Assembly: GCA_963797095.1 (NCBI GenBank)
Contig: CAWCNY010000007.1
Location: 96,001 to 160,000 of the forward strand
DNA length: 64,000 nt
Direction: 5' to 3'
Source of the DNA: an uncultured Chloroflexia bacterium
Lineage (GTDB): Bacteria; Chloroflexota; Chloroflexia; QHBQ01; JADMIH01
The position numbers were made by a program, and so were the translations under genes. Positions 29,118 through 39,674 of the stretch are shown here, piece by piece (within the stretch, counting starts at the first letter, position 1; each line of letters opens with the position of its first letter). The notes beneath the pieces are model-generated. The model worked only from the letters and a program-made list of their open reading frames with translations. It was not told the origin of the DNA and ran no database searches.

Positions 29118-29552
29118 TCAGGCGCGCTCTTCGACCCGCACGCCGGTCATTCTGTCGCCTACCGAGATCTTCTTGACCACGTCCATACCCTCGATCACCT
29201 GGCCGAAGTTGGTGTACTCACCGTCGAGCCAGGAGGCATCGCTCTTGGTGATGAAGAACTGGCTGTCGTTATTGCGCGACTTGTCCATGCCACGGGCCAC
29301 GCCGAGAGCGCCCTCGCCGAAGTGGACACGGTTATACTCGGCAGACATCTTGCCGCCGCCGGTGCCGTTACCGAGAGGGTCGCCACCCTGGATCACCCAG
29401 TTCTCGACGCGATGGAAGTTGCGCCCGTTGAAATCGCCTGCATTGGCCTTGCCTTCGAAATTGGCTATGGTGTTTGCCACACCTGCCGAGGCGTCGGTGT
29501 GTAGCTGGCACACTATAGTGCCCTTGCCTGTCTCGATTACCATTACTTTCAT
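29118..29552 (-). CDS. Cyclophilin-type PPIase (cytoplasmic)
   Basis: FHRV..WVIQGGDP.G.GTGG, SQFFIT, LDG.YT.FGQV. Confidence 0.95.
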   Translation of the reverse strand: MKVMVIETGKGTIVCQLHTDASAGVANTIANFEGKANAGDFNGRNFHRVENWVIQGGDPLGNGTGGGKMSAEYNRVHFGEGALGVARGMDKSRNNDSQFFITKSDASWLDGEYTNFGQVIEGMDVVKKISVGDRMTGVRVEERA

Positions 29553-29579
29553 CTAGTTACCTCCTGAGTCGTTCGTGCA

Positions 29580-30389
29580 CTACTGCTTATCCACTATTGC
29601 CATAGAGGTGATTTTATCGCCGATGGCGATCTGGTTTACTACGTCCATGCCCTGGACAACCTGCCCCCAGTTGGTGTACTGGCCGTCCAGGTAGCTTGCG
29701 TCGCTCTTGGTGATGAAGAACTGGCTGTCGTTGTTGATCGCGGGGTCGCCGCCACGGGCCACGCCTAGCGCGCCTGCTTTGAAGGTAAGCTGGTTATATT
29801 CGGAGGGCATATCACCACCGCCGGTGCCGTTGCCGAGGGGGTCGCCGCCTTGAATTACCCAATCTTCGACGCGATGGAAGGTGAGGCCATTGAAATAACC
29901 CGAATTGGCTTTTGACTCGAAGTTGGCAATGGTCTTGCTGACGTTGGCGGAGGAGTCGGTATAGAGCTTGGCGATGATGCGTCCCTTGGAGGTGTCGAGC
30001 ACCATGTACTTACCCGCGTCCATAGAGGCGACGGCTGCCTGGGCATCGGTGGAGGAGGGTGGGGGCGTAGAGCTAGAATTCCCATTCCAGGGCTGGAGGA
30101 GCCAGAGCAGCACCAGCACCAACGGTATCATGCCAAGCAGCCATATGGCGGCATAGCGCTGGATGCTGAAGGGAGGGAGGATGCGGTCAAAGGTGCTGGG
30201 CGGGGCCTGTTGCACGCGCCCGCCTCTGCTATTTACAGGCTGACGGGTGGCAGGCGGCCTTGCGCCGGATGCTGGTCTGGGAGCGCCGGGGCGTGGGGCC
30301 CGGCTCTGGCGGGAACCCGACGCGCCGGCTGTATTTCGGGGAGCACCGGCGCTACTACTGCTACTACGTTTCTTGGGTGGTTGCGACAT
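29580..30389 (-). CDS. Membrane-anchored cyclophilin-type PPIase
   Basis: Basic disordered N-terminus, one TM helix, cyclophilin domain very similar to its neighbour. Confidence 0.93.
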   Translation of the reverse strand: MSQPPKKRSSSSSAGAPRNTAGASGSRQSRAPRPGAPRPASGARPPATRQPVNSRGGRVQQAPPSTFDRILPPFSIQRYAAIWLLGMIPLVLVLLWLLQPWNGNSSSTPPPSSTDAQAAVASMDAGKYMVLDTSKGRIIAKLYTDSSANVSKTIANFESKANSGYFNGLTFHRVEDWVIQGGDPLGNGTGGGDMPSEYNQLTFKAGALGVARGGDPAINNDSQFFITKSDASYLDGQYTNWGQVVQGMDVVNQIAIGDKITSMAIVDKQ

Positions 30390-30420
30390 GTTTCCTTTCC
30401 TGGTCCAGGGGCTTACGGGT

Positions 30421-30477
30421 AGTGCGTACTGCGTAGTGCGTACTGCTTATTGGTTATGGTTATGGTTATGGTTATGG
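30421..30477. repeat. TA(G/C)TGCG heptamers plus TTATGG hexamer array
   Basis: Directly visible. Confidence 0.8.
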
Positions 30478-30689
30478 GATGGCGACTTTAAGACGCTGGC
30501 ACTTTGTAACACATCGGGGCAGGGGCGTCAACCTGAGATACAGCTCAAGTGGCTATTGCATGGCGGGCGGGTTGCTTATACAATTAGTGCGCTTGCGGCA
30601 ACTGTGATGACCCGGCTCTTGTAGCGACCGGGTTGCTGACGGTTTGCCGGAGGCAAGCATATCACGCTGGTACACAGGAGGATAGGGAC

Positions 30690-31421
30690 ATGGACATGAT
30701 CGCGCCTAAGGACTGGGGCAAGGTTATCGCCGAGGTGGTGGGCACGTTCTTCTTCTTCTTCATAGGCATCGGCAGCACCATCTTCGCTGGGAGCGCGGGG
30801 GTGCTCTACGTGGCGCTGGCGCACGGGCTGGCGCTGGCAATCGCGGTATCGGCATTGGGGCATATATCGGGCGGGCACTTCAACCCGGCGGTCACGATCT
30901 CGCTGATGGTGGCGCGCAAGATCACGCCTATACTGGGGCTGTTCTATATCATCGGGCAGATCGTGGGCGGGGTGCTGTCGTGCCTGGTGCTGCTGGCGGC
31001 GGTGCCCAACGCGAGCACCACGCTCGCCAACTCGGCACCCAACCCGGCACCGGGGGTGGACTTCTTGCCAGCGTTGGTGATGGAGATCGTGCTGACGTTC
31101 TTCCTGGTGCTGGCGGTGTTCGGGACAGCGGTGGACAACCGGGCGGCCAAGATCGGGGGGTTCGGGATCGGACTGACGGTGTTCGTGGATATACTGGTGG
31201 GCGGGCCGGTTTCGGGTGGGGTGATGAACCCGGCGAGGGCGTTCAGCCCATACATCGTGTTTGGGCCATACAACGCCAATATCCTGATCTACTGGATCGG
31301 GCCGATCATCGGTGGGATACTGGCTTCGCTGCTCTACAGCACGTTGTTCCTGCCGGATGATGTGGCAGACGCTAAGAAAGCGCCGCCGTTCAGCGAGCCG
31401 GGCTTGCTGGAAAAGGGTTAG
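30690..31421 (+). CDS. MIP-family aquaporin
   Basis: HISGGHFNPAVT and MNPAR motifs. Confidence 0.96.
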   Translation: MDMIAPKDWGKVIAEVVGTFFFFFIGIGSTIFAGSAGVLYVALAHGLALAIAVSALGHISGGHFNPAVTISLMVARKITPILGLFYIIGQIVGGVLSCLVLLAAVPNASTTLANSAPNPAPGVDFLPALVMEIVLTFFLVLAVFGTAVDNRAAKIGGFGIGLTVFVDILVGGPVSGGVMNPARAFSPYIVFGPYNANILIYWIGPIIGGILASLLYSTLFLPDDVADAKKAPPFSEPGLLEKG

Positions 31422-31447
31422 GTCTGTACACTGGTGGAGAGGCAATT

Positions 31448-32620
31448 ATGATCTCCACACCACGGCGACTGACCTTAATATTAGCTTTGTTGATGGCGCT
31501 CGCCACGGCTGCGGCGGGCGCTTTGTCATGGGCCTACGCCCAGACGCCGGGGCCGGACTGCCGCACCTTCACCGAGACGGGGAAGACGGTGTGCGGGCGG
31601 TTCCTGGCGTACTGGGACGCGCACGGAGGGCTAGCCCAGCAGGGATACCCGATCTCAGGGGAGTTCCAGGAGAGGTCGGAGATCGATGGGAAGAGCTATA
31701 CGGTGCAGTATTTTGAGAGGGCGGTGTTTGAGTTGCACCCTGAAAACGCGACTCCATACGATGTGCTCCTTTCGCTGCTTGGGCGGATGAAGTTGGAAGA
31801 GAAGTACCCGCAGGGCGCGCCCGATGGGGGCGTGGGGCTGGTGCCCGGCGAGAGCCTGGTGTTCCCTGAGACGGGGAAGACGGTTAGCGGTGTGTTCTTG
31901 AGGTACTGGCAGGAGAACGGGGGATTGGCGCAACAGGGATACCCGATCTCGAATGCGATGTATGAGAGCGATAGCAAGGCCGCGCCGCCCAGGATCGTGC
32001 AGTACTTTGAGAGGGCGGTGTTTGAGTTGCACCCTGAGAACAATGACCGTTTTTCGGTGCTGCTGTCGAGGCTGGGGGCCGAGCGGTTCGAGGCGAAGTA
32101 CCCTGACGGCGAGCCGACGGCGGAGAGCGGTGGCGGAGACGTGTGGGCGACGCTGCGCGCCAGGCCGTTGAACTTCAACTATATTAAGGCGAACGGGCCT
32201 TGCCCCGCCGATACTGCGAAGCAGGTTGACCCCGATTTCGGGCTGGCTATAGGGCCTGGGCCCGCCTACCCGGTGGGGTTCGATACTGACGGGGTGTACG
32301 ATTACAGCAGCACTATCGAGGAGGGTGGGTGGTACCTCCTCAAGGTGTTGTGGGTGGTGAACCCGAAGGCTTATACGGGGCCGGTGCTGGTGAGGGGTCA
32401 CCAGCTTGACGGCGGGAGCGAGTTGCGGTTCGGGCAGGGGGCAGACCCCGCGAGTGAGCTTCAGTTGGACCCCGCAACGGCGCTGGATGGGTCGTCGCCG
32501 TGGGATTGGCCCAATTGGCCTACTTATACGCGGTTGCAGAGGCCTGGGTGCTATGCCTACCAGATCGACGGGACTTCGTTCTCGAATGTGATTACTTTCC
32601 GGGCGGTGGACGGCAAATAG
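31448..32620 (+). CDS. Secreted protein with two Chloroflexota surface repeats and an unknown C-terminal domain
   Basis: Signal peptide; 2x F.ETGKTV.G.FL.YW..GGL.QQGYPIS..VQYFERAVFELHPEN. Confidence 0.88.
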   Translation: MISTPRRLTLILALLMALATAAAGALSWAYAQTPGPDCRTFTETGKTVCGRFLAYWDAHGGLAQQGYPISGEFQERSEIDGKSYTVQYFERAVFELHPENATPYDVLLSLLGRMKLEEKYPQGAPDGGVGLVPGESLVFPETGKTVSGVFLRYWQENGGLAQQGYPISNAMYESDSKAAPPRIVQYFERAVFELHPENNDRFSVLLSRLGAERFEAKYPDGEPTAESGGGDVWATLRARPLNFNYIKANGPCPADTAKQVDPDFGLAIGPGPAYPVGFDTDGVYDYSSTIEEGGWYLLKVLWVVNPKAYTGPVLVRGHQLDGGSELRFGQGADPASELQLDPATALDGSSPWDWPNWPTYTRLQRPGCYAYQIDGTSFSNVITFRAVDGK

Positions 32621-32680
32621 TACCCGAATGGGTGAGGTTTGTTGGTTTTTGTGGGCCGGGTGATTTCATGGTTGGATTCC

Positions 32681-32745
32681 CCCTTCCACTTAACTTAAGG
32701 GCATTGGTGGGGGAATCTGGACAGGTTTTGGGGTGTACTTTCGGG
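32681..32745 (-). repeat. Bipartite dispersed motif, copy 2
   Basis: Reverse complement CCCGAAAGTACACCCCAAAACCTGTCCAG..TGCCCTTAAGTTAAGTGGAAGGG. Confidence 0.7.
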
Positions 32746-32825
32746 CGGATCTTTAACGCGGAATGCCGAATGTGAAGTGATTTTCCACCGCAGAGGCGCT
32801 GAGGGCGCTGAGGTAATTTTGGATC

Positions 32826-33413
32826 TTAGATTTCGGATTGGGGTTGCGGGTCCGGAGATCCCAGGTGGCGGATTATTTTGCATGGGTTGCCCGCCGCGAA
32901 GACATCATCGGGGATGTCTCTGGTTACTACGCTGCCTGCCCCTATTACTGTGCGTGCGCCTATGGTGACGCCGGGGAGGATTACGGCGCTGCCGCCTATC
33001 CAGGCTTCCGAGCCTATGCGGATCGGTTTGCCTAGCTCCATGCCTGTGCGACGGGTTTCGATGTCGAGGGAGTGGGTGGCGGTGTAGATCTGGACGTTGG
33101 GGCCGAAGAGGACGGCATCGCCGATATCGACGCGGGCGACATCGAGGATTATGCAGTTGGAGTTGAAGTAGACATCGCGGCCCAGGTGGATGTTGTAGCC
33201 GTAGTCGCAGTAGAAGGGTGGCTCTATGTAGACGCGCCCGCTGAAGGAGCCGAGGAGTTTGGCGAGGATTTCGCGCCTCTGATCTTGCCGGTCAACTTGG
33301 GTGGTGTTGAAGGCTCCGGTGAGGATGCGCGCCTGGTGGCGCTCCTGCGAGAGTTGGGGGTCCCATGATTTGTATAGCTCGCCATTGAGCATCTTTTCTT
33401 TTTCGGTGGGCAT
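32826..33413 (-). CDS. maa: Maltose/galactoside O-acetyltransferase
   Basis: TEKEKML.GELY, PPFYCDYGYNI, hexapeptide repeats, AGNPCK. Confidence 0.9.
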   Translation of the reverse strand: MPTEKEKMLNGELYKSWDPQLSQERHQARILTGAFNTTQVDRQDQRREILAKLLGSFSGRVYIEPPFYCDYGYNIHLGRDVYFNSNCIILDVARVDIGDAVLFGPNVQIYTATHSLDIETRRTGMELGKPIRIGSEAWIGGSAVILPGVTIGARTVIGAGSVVTRDIPDDVFAAGNPCKIIRHLGSPDPQPQSEI

Positions 33414-33532
33414 TTTGTTGGGTGGCTCCTCGGGGTGGGGTTTGGGTGTAGTTTAGCATACAGGCAAGGGCAGTGCGTGGGGCGCGGGCGTCTTGTAGAG
33501 GAGACCTGGGGTGTGGTATAATTAAGTGGCAA

Positions 33533-33605
<73 letters not shown>

Positions 33606-33745
33606 CCCAAAATAAGCGATATGGGGTATTTGGTAGAACAGGAAACGGGGCGATGCCTATGGACAATTTATGTGATGTTAGCCACCTCCGAGGGTGGCTT
33701 TTTGATTCGTTCCGGCGTGAAGGATGGCCGGAGAGGGGGTTTGAG

Positions 33746-33982
33746 ATGGAAACGAACACTTATCGAGCTATTTATGACAACGGCGAGGTGCGGTTTGCCG
33801 AGCCTATGAACATGGAGGGCGAGTGGGAGCTTATTGTGACGTTTGTGCAGCCGCTTGACGAGAGCACGATACCGATCGAGGCGGACCCACACCGCCACGA
33901 GCATAGTTCGTGGTCGGACCGCCTGGACGAGGCGCACGAGCATGTGATCGACGCAGGGCACGCACGAACCAACCCGTTTTAG
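33746..33982 (+). CDS. Small hypothetical protein (AF2212/DUF104-like N-terminus)
   Basis: RAIYDNGEVRF.EP; G-rich RBS. Confidence 0.5.
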   Translation: METNTYRAIYDNGEVRFAEPMNMEGEWELIVTFVQPLDESTIPIEADPHRHEHSSWSDRLDEAHEHVIDAGHARTNPF

Positions 33983-33997
33983 CGGGGTCTTGCGGGA

Positions 33998-34947
33998 TTA
34001 TTCTCCCGAGAAGTAATCACTGTCGATGCGTTTCAGTTCATAGACGGTATCAACAGTTACAACAGTTACACCAACATTGTGATCAATCATGAGTTGGGCT
34101 AGCTGCTCCCCATCGATCAAAACGATCTTATTGTCGATCCCTGCCGCAAAGTTCTTTGCTTCAGTGGTAAAACCTGAGGTTGTTATGAATACACCCTTTC
34201 TTGCCCGTTGCCCTTGAAGAGCACCAGCAAATTGCTGGTTTTCTGGCCGTCCAATCGTGCGGTCCCATCGCTTGGCCCGGATGTAGATTACATCCGGGCC
34301 AAGTTTGTCTTCCTTGATTATTCCGTCTATGCCTTCATCACCTCTTCTGCCGATAGCCTGCCCAGCATCTTGTATGGAACCACCGTAACCCATCCTGACC
34401 AGGAGCTCTACAACCAACCTCTCGAAAAATGCTGGTGATTGACTTATTATTGTTGAAAGGAGTTCTTGAGCTAAGGCTTCCTTTAGCTGCTGATAACTGA
34501 GTTCAATGGCTTCCTTTGGTGTTCGGCGATCTGTATGCTGCGGCAGATCCGACGTAGCTACCTTAGTTGCGAGTGAGCACCCGATTTCTCCCTGGTGCGA
34601 TTCTTAAAGTCCACGTATTCAGGGAATTGTTCTAATAATTTGGTGGTAATCCTCGAAGGTCTGTCTGCAAGCACCAACAAGACACGCTCGGTAATCCTAA
34701 AATGTGATCGACGGGTGTCTTCAACTAGCCCTGCTTGCTTCAAGTGCGTGCGTGCCCATGCCATTCTGTGAGCAAAGATAGTCAACTTAATCTTGCTTGG
34801 GCTAGGGTAATGAAGATCCCTTTCTTGATCGCTCAATTTCATCATGCTAGCTACTTCTTCAACGGAATCGTCCATTCTATGCTCACGCCCATCTGAGGCG
34901 AATTGTAGCAGGGGAAGCATTATGGCTTGGAAATCAGGGATCGTCAT
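33998..34947 (-). pseudogene. mrr: Mrr type IV restriction endonuclease, frameshifted near 34550
   Basis: IPDFQ.IMLPLL..WARTHLKQAGL (N-terminus); SPAFFERLVVELL..MGY, DEGIDG, IYIRAK, LIDGEQLA (C-terminus) in another frame; lower GC. Confidence 0.9.
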
Positions 34948-35153
34948 ACCGTGTCCTTTTATCAAGACATATCTCAATGAGTTGGATCAATGGATCCAGC
35001 TTTGCAAGTTACAAATGACAACCTGGGATTACCTTATGAAACAGGGGCATTATACTACGAACCTACGACTGTGCATAGGCACACATGCTGCTCTGTTTCC
35101 GGTGAGGGTACGTGAGTCGCACTCACCAAAGAGAGGCAATAACAAAAGTATAG

Positions 35154-36692
35154 CTATTTGAGCTTATCTAGCCCCGCCCGAACCGCCGCGAATTCGTCCC
35201 AGGGGGTTTCATCTGTGCCGTAGCACATGGAGGACTCGTGGGCTTTGCCGCAGGTGAGCACCATGTCGCCCGGCTTTGCGAGGGAGATAGCGTAGGCGAT
35301 GGCCTGGGCGCGGTCGTGGACCAGCCAGAAGTCGCGGCCCTCGGTGCGGCCTTCCTCGGTGAGGGCGCGGGCTATCCCGGCTGAGATGTCTTCCACGCGC
35401 TCGGTGCGGGGGTCCTCGGCGGTGACCACGGTGAGATCGGCCAGCTTGCCCGCGACGTGGCCCATCATGGCGCGCTTGGCACGATCGCGCAGGCCCGCAG
35501 AGCCGAAGACGGCGATCACCCTGCCACCGTGAGGCTTGACCAGTTGGCGCGCAAGCTCAAGGGTCTTTTCGAGGCCGTTGGGGGTGTGGGCGAAGTCTAC
35601 CACTACATCGAAGCCGAAGGCGCGCGCCTCCGGCACCCATTCCATGCGGCCCTTGATGCTGTCGACCGCCTGGAGGCCCGACGATATGGCCTCTTTGGGA
35701 GCGCCGAGGGCTAGAGCCGCACCAACGGCGGCCAGGGCGTTGTAGATGTTGTGCTTGCCGGGAAGGTGGAGGCGCACCGGGATATCGGCGAGGGGGGTCT
35801 GGACGGTGAAGCGGGTGCCTTCGGCGCGGTATTCGAGGTCGTCGGCGGTGAGGTCGGGCTGCTGGCGGCGGTCGAGGCCGTAGACGTATTGCATATCGGC
35901 GGGGATGCGCTTGAGCCAGTCGTACGATTTGTCGTCGGCGTTGATTACGGCGACTTTGGGGGTGGAGGGCTTGCGGTAGGAGCCGTTGAGCATGTGGAAG
36001 AGGCGGGCTTTGGCCTCCATGTAGTTCTCCCAGGAGCCGTGCCAGTCCATGTGCTCGTGGGTGACGTTGGTGACCACGGCCACGTCGTAATCGACGCAGA
36101 GCACGCGGCCCTGGTCGAGGGCGTGGGAGGTGGTTTCGAGCACGGCCACGTCGGTGCCTGCCTGCACCATGTCGTACAGGTAACGCTGCACGTCGAAGGC
36201 TTCGGGGGTGGTGACGTGGAAGCCGGTGTCGTAGGAGCGGCCCGCGATCTCGGCGCGGATGGTGGAGATTAGGCCGGCGCGGCGTCCTGCGGCGAGGAGG
36301 ATGGAGTGGATGAGGGTGGAGGTGGTGGTTTTGCCATCGGTGCCTGTGACGCCTATCACCTGGAGCTTGCGCGAGGGATAGTCGAAGAAGGCGGCTGAGA
36401 GGAGGGCGACGGCGGCGCGGTCGTCGGGGACGTGGAGGTAGGGGATATCGGGAGAGAGGTCGGAGGGGCGGTCGGGGCGGGTGCCCGCGACGGCGACAGC
36501 GCCGCGAGCGAGGGCGTCGGGGATGAACTTGTGGCCGTCGTGCACGCTGCCTTTGACGGCGATGAAAAGGGTGCCGGGTTGGACGATGCGGGAGTTCTCG
36601 GCGATGTGGGTGATAGGGGGGTTGTGGTTGGGGTTGCCTAGGATGGCGGAGTTGGGGATGGCTGCTCTGGAGAGCAGATCGCGCAGGTTCAT
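35154..36692 (-). CDS. murE: UDP-MurNAc-tripeptide synthetase
   Basis: GVTGTDGKTT, ETTSH, TN.THEH.DWH, DFAHTP, EDPR, GKAHE. Confidence 0.93.
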   Translation of the reverse strand: MNLRDLLSRAAIPNSAILGNPNHNPPITHIAENSRIVQPGTLFIAVKGSVHDGHKFIPDALARGAVAVAGTRPDRPSDLSPDIPYLHVPDDRAAVALLSAAFFDYPSRKLQVIGVTGTDGKTTTSTLIHSILLAAGRRAGLISTIRAEIAGRSYDTGFHVTTPEAFDVQRYLYDMVQAGTDVAVLETTSHALDQGRVLCVDYDVAVVTNVTHEHMDWHGSWENYMEAKARLFHMLNGSYRKPSTPKVAVINADDKSYDWLKRIPADMQYVYGLDRRQQPDLTADDLEYRAEGTRFTVQTPLADIPVRLHLPGKHNIYNALAAVGAALALGAPKEAISSGLQAVDSIKGRMEWVPEARAFGFDVVVDFAHTPNGLEKTLELARQLVKPHGGRVIAVFGSAGLRDRAKRAMMGHVAGKLADLTVVTAEDPRTERVEDISAGIARALTEEGRTEGRDFWLVHDRAQAIAYAISLAKPGDMVLTCGKAHESSMCYGTDETPWDEFAAVRAGLDKLK

Positions 36693-36816
36693 TGTTGGGT
36701 GGTCACTCCTGGTGTGGTGTGACCAGTATAACGCTTCCTTTGGGGGCGCTCAAATCGATGGCGATGTTGGGAATGGTTTGCCCGACCCTTTCTTGTCGGC
36801 ATAGAACCGGGAGGTC

Positions 36817-36958
36817 TGCAAACACCCCTCACCCCCGGCCCCCCGCCTCCTTCGTCGGCACCCCGTGTTCGGGGAGAGGGGAGAAGATGAAAGAAGAAGT
36901 AGAGTTGGGGGGACACCCCCCGAACCCCCTGTGAGGGGACTTGTCCCCTGCACCCCCC
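36817..36958 (-). repeat. ~140-bp MITE/REP-like element, copy 2 (inside the 3' end of the glycosyltransferase)
   Basis: Inverted near-copy of 10892-11034. Confidence 0.85.
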
Positions 36959-38088
36959 ACTGCAAGCACATCGTCGTAGACGTCTTTTGTTAGCTGGGCT
37001 GTGCGGTGCCAGGAGAATTGGGCGGCGCGTTGGAGGGCACGTTGGGCGTATTCGTGGCGTTTGGTGGGGTCGGTCAGTAGGAGTCGGAGGGCTTTCGTCA
37101 GGTCGGGGGTGGAGGTGGGGTTGACTGTCAGGGCGGCGTCGCCCACCACTTCGGGGAGGCTGGAGGTGTTGGAGGTGACGGTGGGGGTGCCGCACGACAT
37201 GGCTTCCAGGGGTGGGAGGCCAAAGCCTTCGTAGAGGGATGGGTAGCAGAAGATGGTCGCGCCGGCGTAGAGGGCTGGAAGGTCGGGTTCGGGCACGTAG
37301 CCGGGGAAGATGACGCGGTTGGAGAGGCCGAGGCGCTGCACGTCGGCCTCAACCTGGGAGCCTTGCCAGCCGCTCTGGCCTGCTATTACGAGGGAGAGTG
37401 AGGGGAAGTCGGGGGCGAGGGCGGCAAAGGCGCGGATCAGGCGGCGGAGGTTCTTGCGCGGCTGCTTGTTGCCCACGGCCAGGATGTAGTCGGTGGCGAG
37501 GGAATGGGCGTGGCGCACGCGGACGATTTCGCCGGGGGGTTGGGGTTTGAAGTGGGGGGCGGCGGCCAGTGGGGTGACCACCACGCGGGAGGGATCGGGG
37601 TGGTAAAAGCGAAGGATGTCGCGCCTGGTGCTCTCGGAGATGGCGATCACGCGGGCCGCGCGCCGGATGCTTGGGCCGACCAGGAGGGCCAGCAGGAGGC
37701 GCACGCGCGGGGAGAAGTAGCGCGGGAATAGCTTGTAAGAGACATCATGAACGCTGAGGACGAGGGGGCAGGGGAGGACGGGCGGGGCCATGTAGGTCAT
37801 GTGGAGGAGGGCGAGGCGGTCGCGGCGAGCAAGTTGTGGGTATAGAAAGGGGATGCGCACGAAGGACGGCACGCTGGGCAAGGGGCGTATGGAGATGGGG
37901 GCGACGGTGCGCAGGTCGGGCGGGATGGCGTCGGGGAGGGGGGTGTAAAGATTGTAATGGTAGCCGTCGAGCGCGCCCAGGGCGACGGAGAGCTGCACCA
38001 CGTAGGTCTCGTTGCCCGTCTCGTGGGTGCCGACCATGTGGGCGTCTATGCCTATGGTGGGGGAGGTGGGAAGGTCAGGGGGTGCCAA
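36829..38088 (-). CDS. GT4-family glycosyltransferase
   Basis: PRKNL, YPSLYEGFGLPPLEAM.CG.P, SSLPEV. Confidence 0.95.
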   Translation of the reverse strand: MAPPDLPTSPTIGIDAHMVGTHETGNETYVVQLSVALGALDGYHYNLYTPLPDAIPPDLRTVAPISIRPLPSVPSFVRIPFLYPQLARRDRLALLHMTYMAPPVLPCPLVLSVHDVSYKLFPRYFSPRVRLLLALLVGPSIRRAARVIAISESTRRDILRFYHPDPSRVVVTPLAAAPHFKPQPPGEIVRVRHAHSLATDYILAVGNKQPRKNLRRLIRAFAALAPDFPSLSLVIAGQSGWQGSQVEADVQRLGLSNRVIFPGYVPEPDLPALYAGATIFCYPSLYEGFGLPPLEAMSCGTPTVTSNTSSLPEVVGDAALTVNPTSTPDLTKALRLLLTDPTKRHEYAQRALQRAAQFSWHRTAQLTKDVYDDVLAVGGAGDKSPHRGFGGCPPNSTSSFIFSPLPEHGVPTKEAGGRG

Positions 38089-39562
38089 CGCCTACGTCCT
38101 GGGGGTCTTCTGAGAGGGTGCGTCTACTGAGGAACGATTTGATCTGGGATGTCAGGAGGGCATAGTCGCCCCACAGATTGGCGGCGAGCATGAGCAGGCC
38201 AACGAGGCCGCCCACTATGATCAGCGATAGGAGGTCGTGGACGAGAGAGGGGGCCAGCAGTTGCAGGATGGCAGCACCCACGATGCCGCTGGCGAGTGGG
38301 CGCCACAAGGGGATAAGGAGGGTGAAGCCGCCGAAGTCGCGCAGATCGCGCACGACTATGTAGAGGGCCGCCAGCATCCCGATGAGGAAGGCGGTGGCAG
38401 GCGCTTCGAGGCCGACGCCAGAGAGGGCCAGGGCTATGCCGGGTAGCCAGGTGAGGATTAGCATGATGAGAAGGAGGCGGAAGGCTTTGCCGCCACGTCC
38501 AAGCGAGTAGAGGGCGGGGGTGAGGATGCCCACGGGCACGTTGATGGCTGTGTTGATGGTGAAGATATAGAAGGGGGCGAGGGCGGGGAGCCACCTGGGG
38601 CCATAAACGTATTCGATGACCTGGGGGCCGAGGCCGATCAGGAGGGCGCAGGCCGGGAAGGTGAGGAGGCAGGTCCATTTGAGGAGGGAGCGGAGGGTGG
38701 AGGCGAAAGCGGCGGGGTCGTGCTGTAGGCGCGAGAGGGCGGGGAAACTTACGCGCGAGATAAGCTGGATAAGCTGGATGGGGATGACTGCCACCTGGTG
38801 CGCCCATGTTATGTAGCCGACGCCCGCGCCACCAGCCGATAGGCCGCCCAGGAGGGGGAGCATGGCATATTTGGCGAGGCTCGCGCCCTGCTGGCCCTGG
38901 TAGGATAGGCTGAAGGCCGCCCCAGAGTGGATGGAGCGCCAGCGAAAGTTGAGCGCGGGGAGCCAGGCCACGCGGGCGTAGAGAACGAGGGTGTTGGTAA
39001 GGCTGAAGGCGAGGGCGGAGGCCACCACGCTCCAGACGCCCCAACCGGCCAGGGCGGTGGCTATGGCTACCAGCCAGTAGGCGACCTGCGAGGCCACATC
39101 GGATACGACTATGGGCGCGTAGGTTAGCTTGCGTTGGGCGATGATGGAGGGGGCGGTGCGCAACGAGATGAGCAGGAAGGAGAGGGCGAGCGCCCACACT
39201 ATGGAGGAAAGATCGCCAAGGGCGAGGGGGCCGGAGAGGAAAATGGAGGCGAGGATGGCAAGCAGGGAGATGGAGGCGCACCAGGCGAGCTGGTAAGTGA
39301 AAAGGGCGCTGAGGTCGTCGTTGGAAACGTCGCCCTGGCGCACGAGGCTCGCGCCCAAGCCGACCTCGCTGACCAGCACGAATAGGCTGAGCGCGAAGCT
39401 GGCTACGGCGAACAGGCCGAACGTCGGCGGGTCGAGCAGGCGGGCCAGGGCGATCCAGCCGCCGAAGGCGAGGGCCTTGACCGCGAACTCGCGCCCGCCC
39501 ATGCTGAGGATCGCGCCCAGAGTGCGGCGCTGGACTGCGGAGGGGTGCTCTTCAGGGATCAT
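38075..39562 (-). CDS. Wzx-type oligosaccharide flippase
   Basis: LARLL.P..FGL, about 12-14 TM helices, V.FPALSRLQ. Confidence 0.88.
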   Translation of the reverse strand: MIPEEHPSAVQRRTLGAILSMGGREFAVKALAFGGWIALARLLDPPTFGLFAVASFALSLFVLVSEVGLGASLVRQGDVSNDDLSALFTYQLAWCASISLLAILASIFLSGPLALGDLSSIVWALALSFLLISLRTAPSIIAQRKLTYAPIVVSDVASQVAYWLVAIATALAGWGVWSVVASALAFSLTNTLVLYARVAWLPALNFRWRSIHSGAAFSLSYQGQQGASLAKYAMLPLLGGLSAGGAGVGYITWAHQVAVIPIQLIQLISRVSFPALSRLQHDPAAFASTLRSLLKWTCLLTFPACALLIGLGPQVIEYVYGPRWLPALAPFYIFTINTAINVPVGILTPALYSLGRGGKAFRLLLIMLILTWLPGIALALSGVGLEAPATAFLIGMLAALYIVVRDLRDFGGFTLLIPLWRPLASGIVGAAILQLLAPSLVHDLLSLIIVGGLVGLLMLAANLWGDYALLTSQIKSFLSRRTLSEDPQDVGVGTP

Positions 39563-39674
39563 GCCTTACTTCTCAACTGGGGCGCTCGCCGCCGGGAGCT
39601 ATCCAGGCTCGCGGCCGATTGATACTGCCTATTTTTGAGCCCCGAAGCAACACGAAGGATCCCACCCCAACCTC

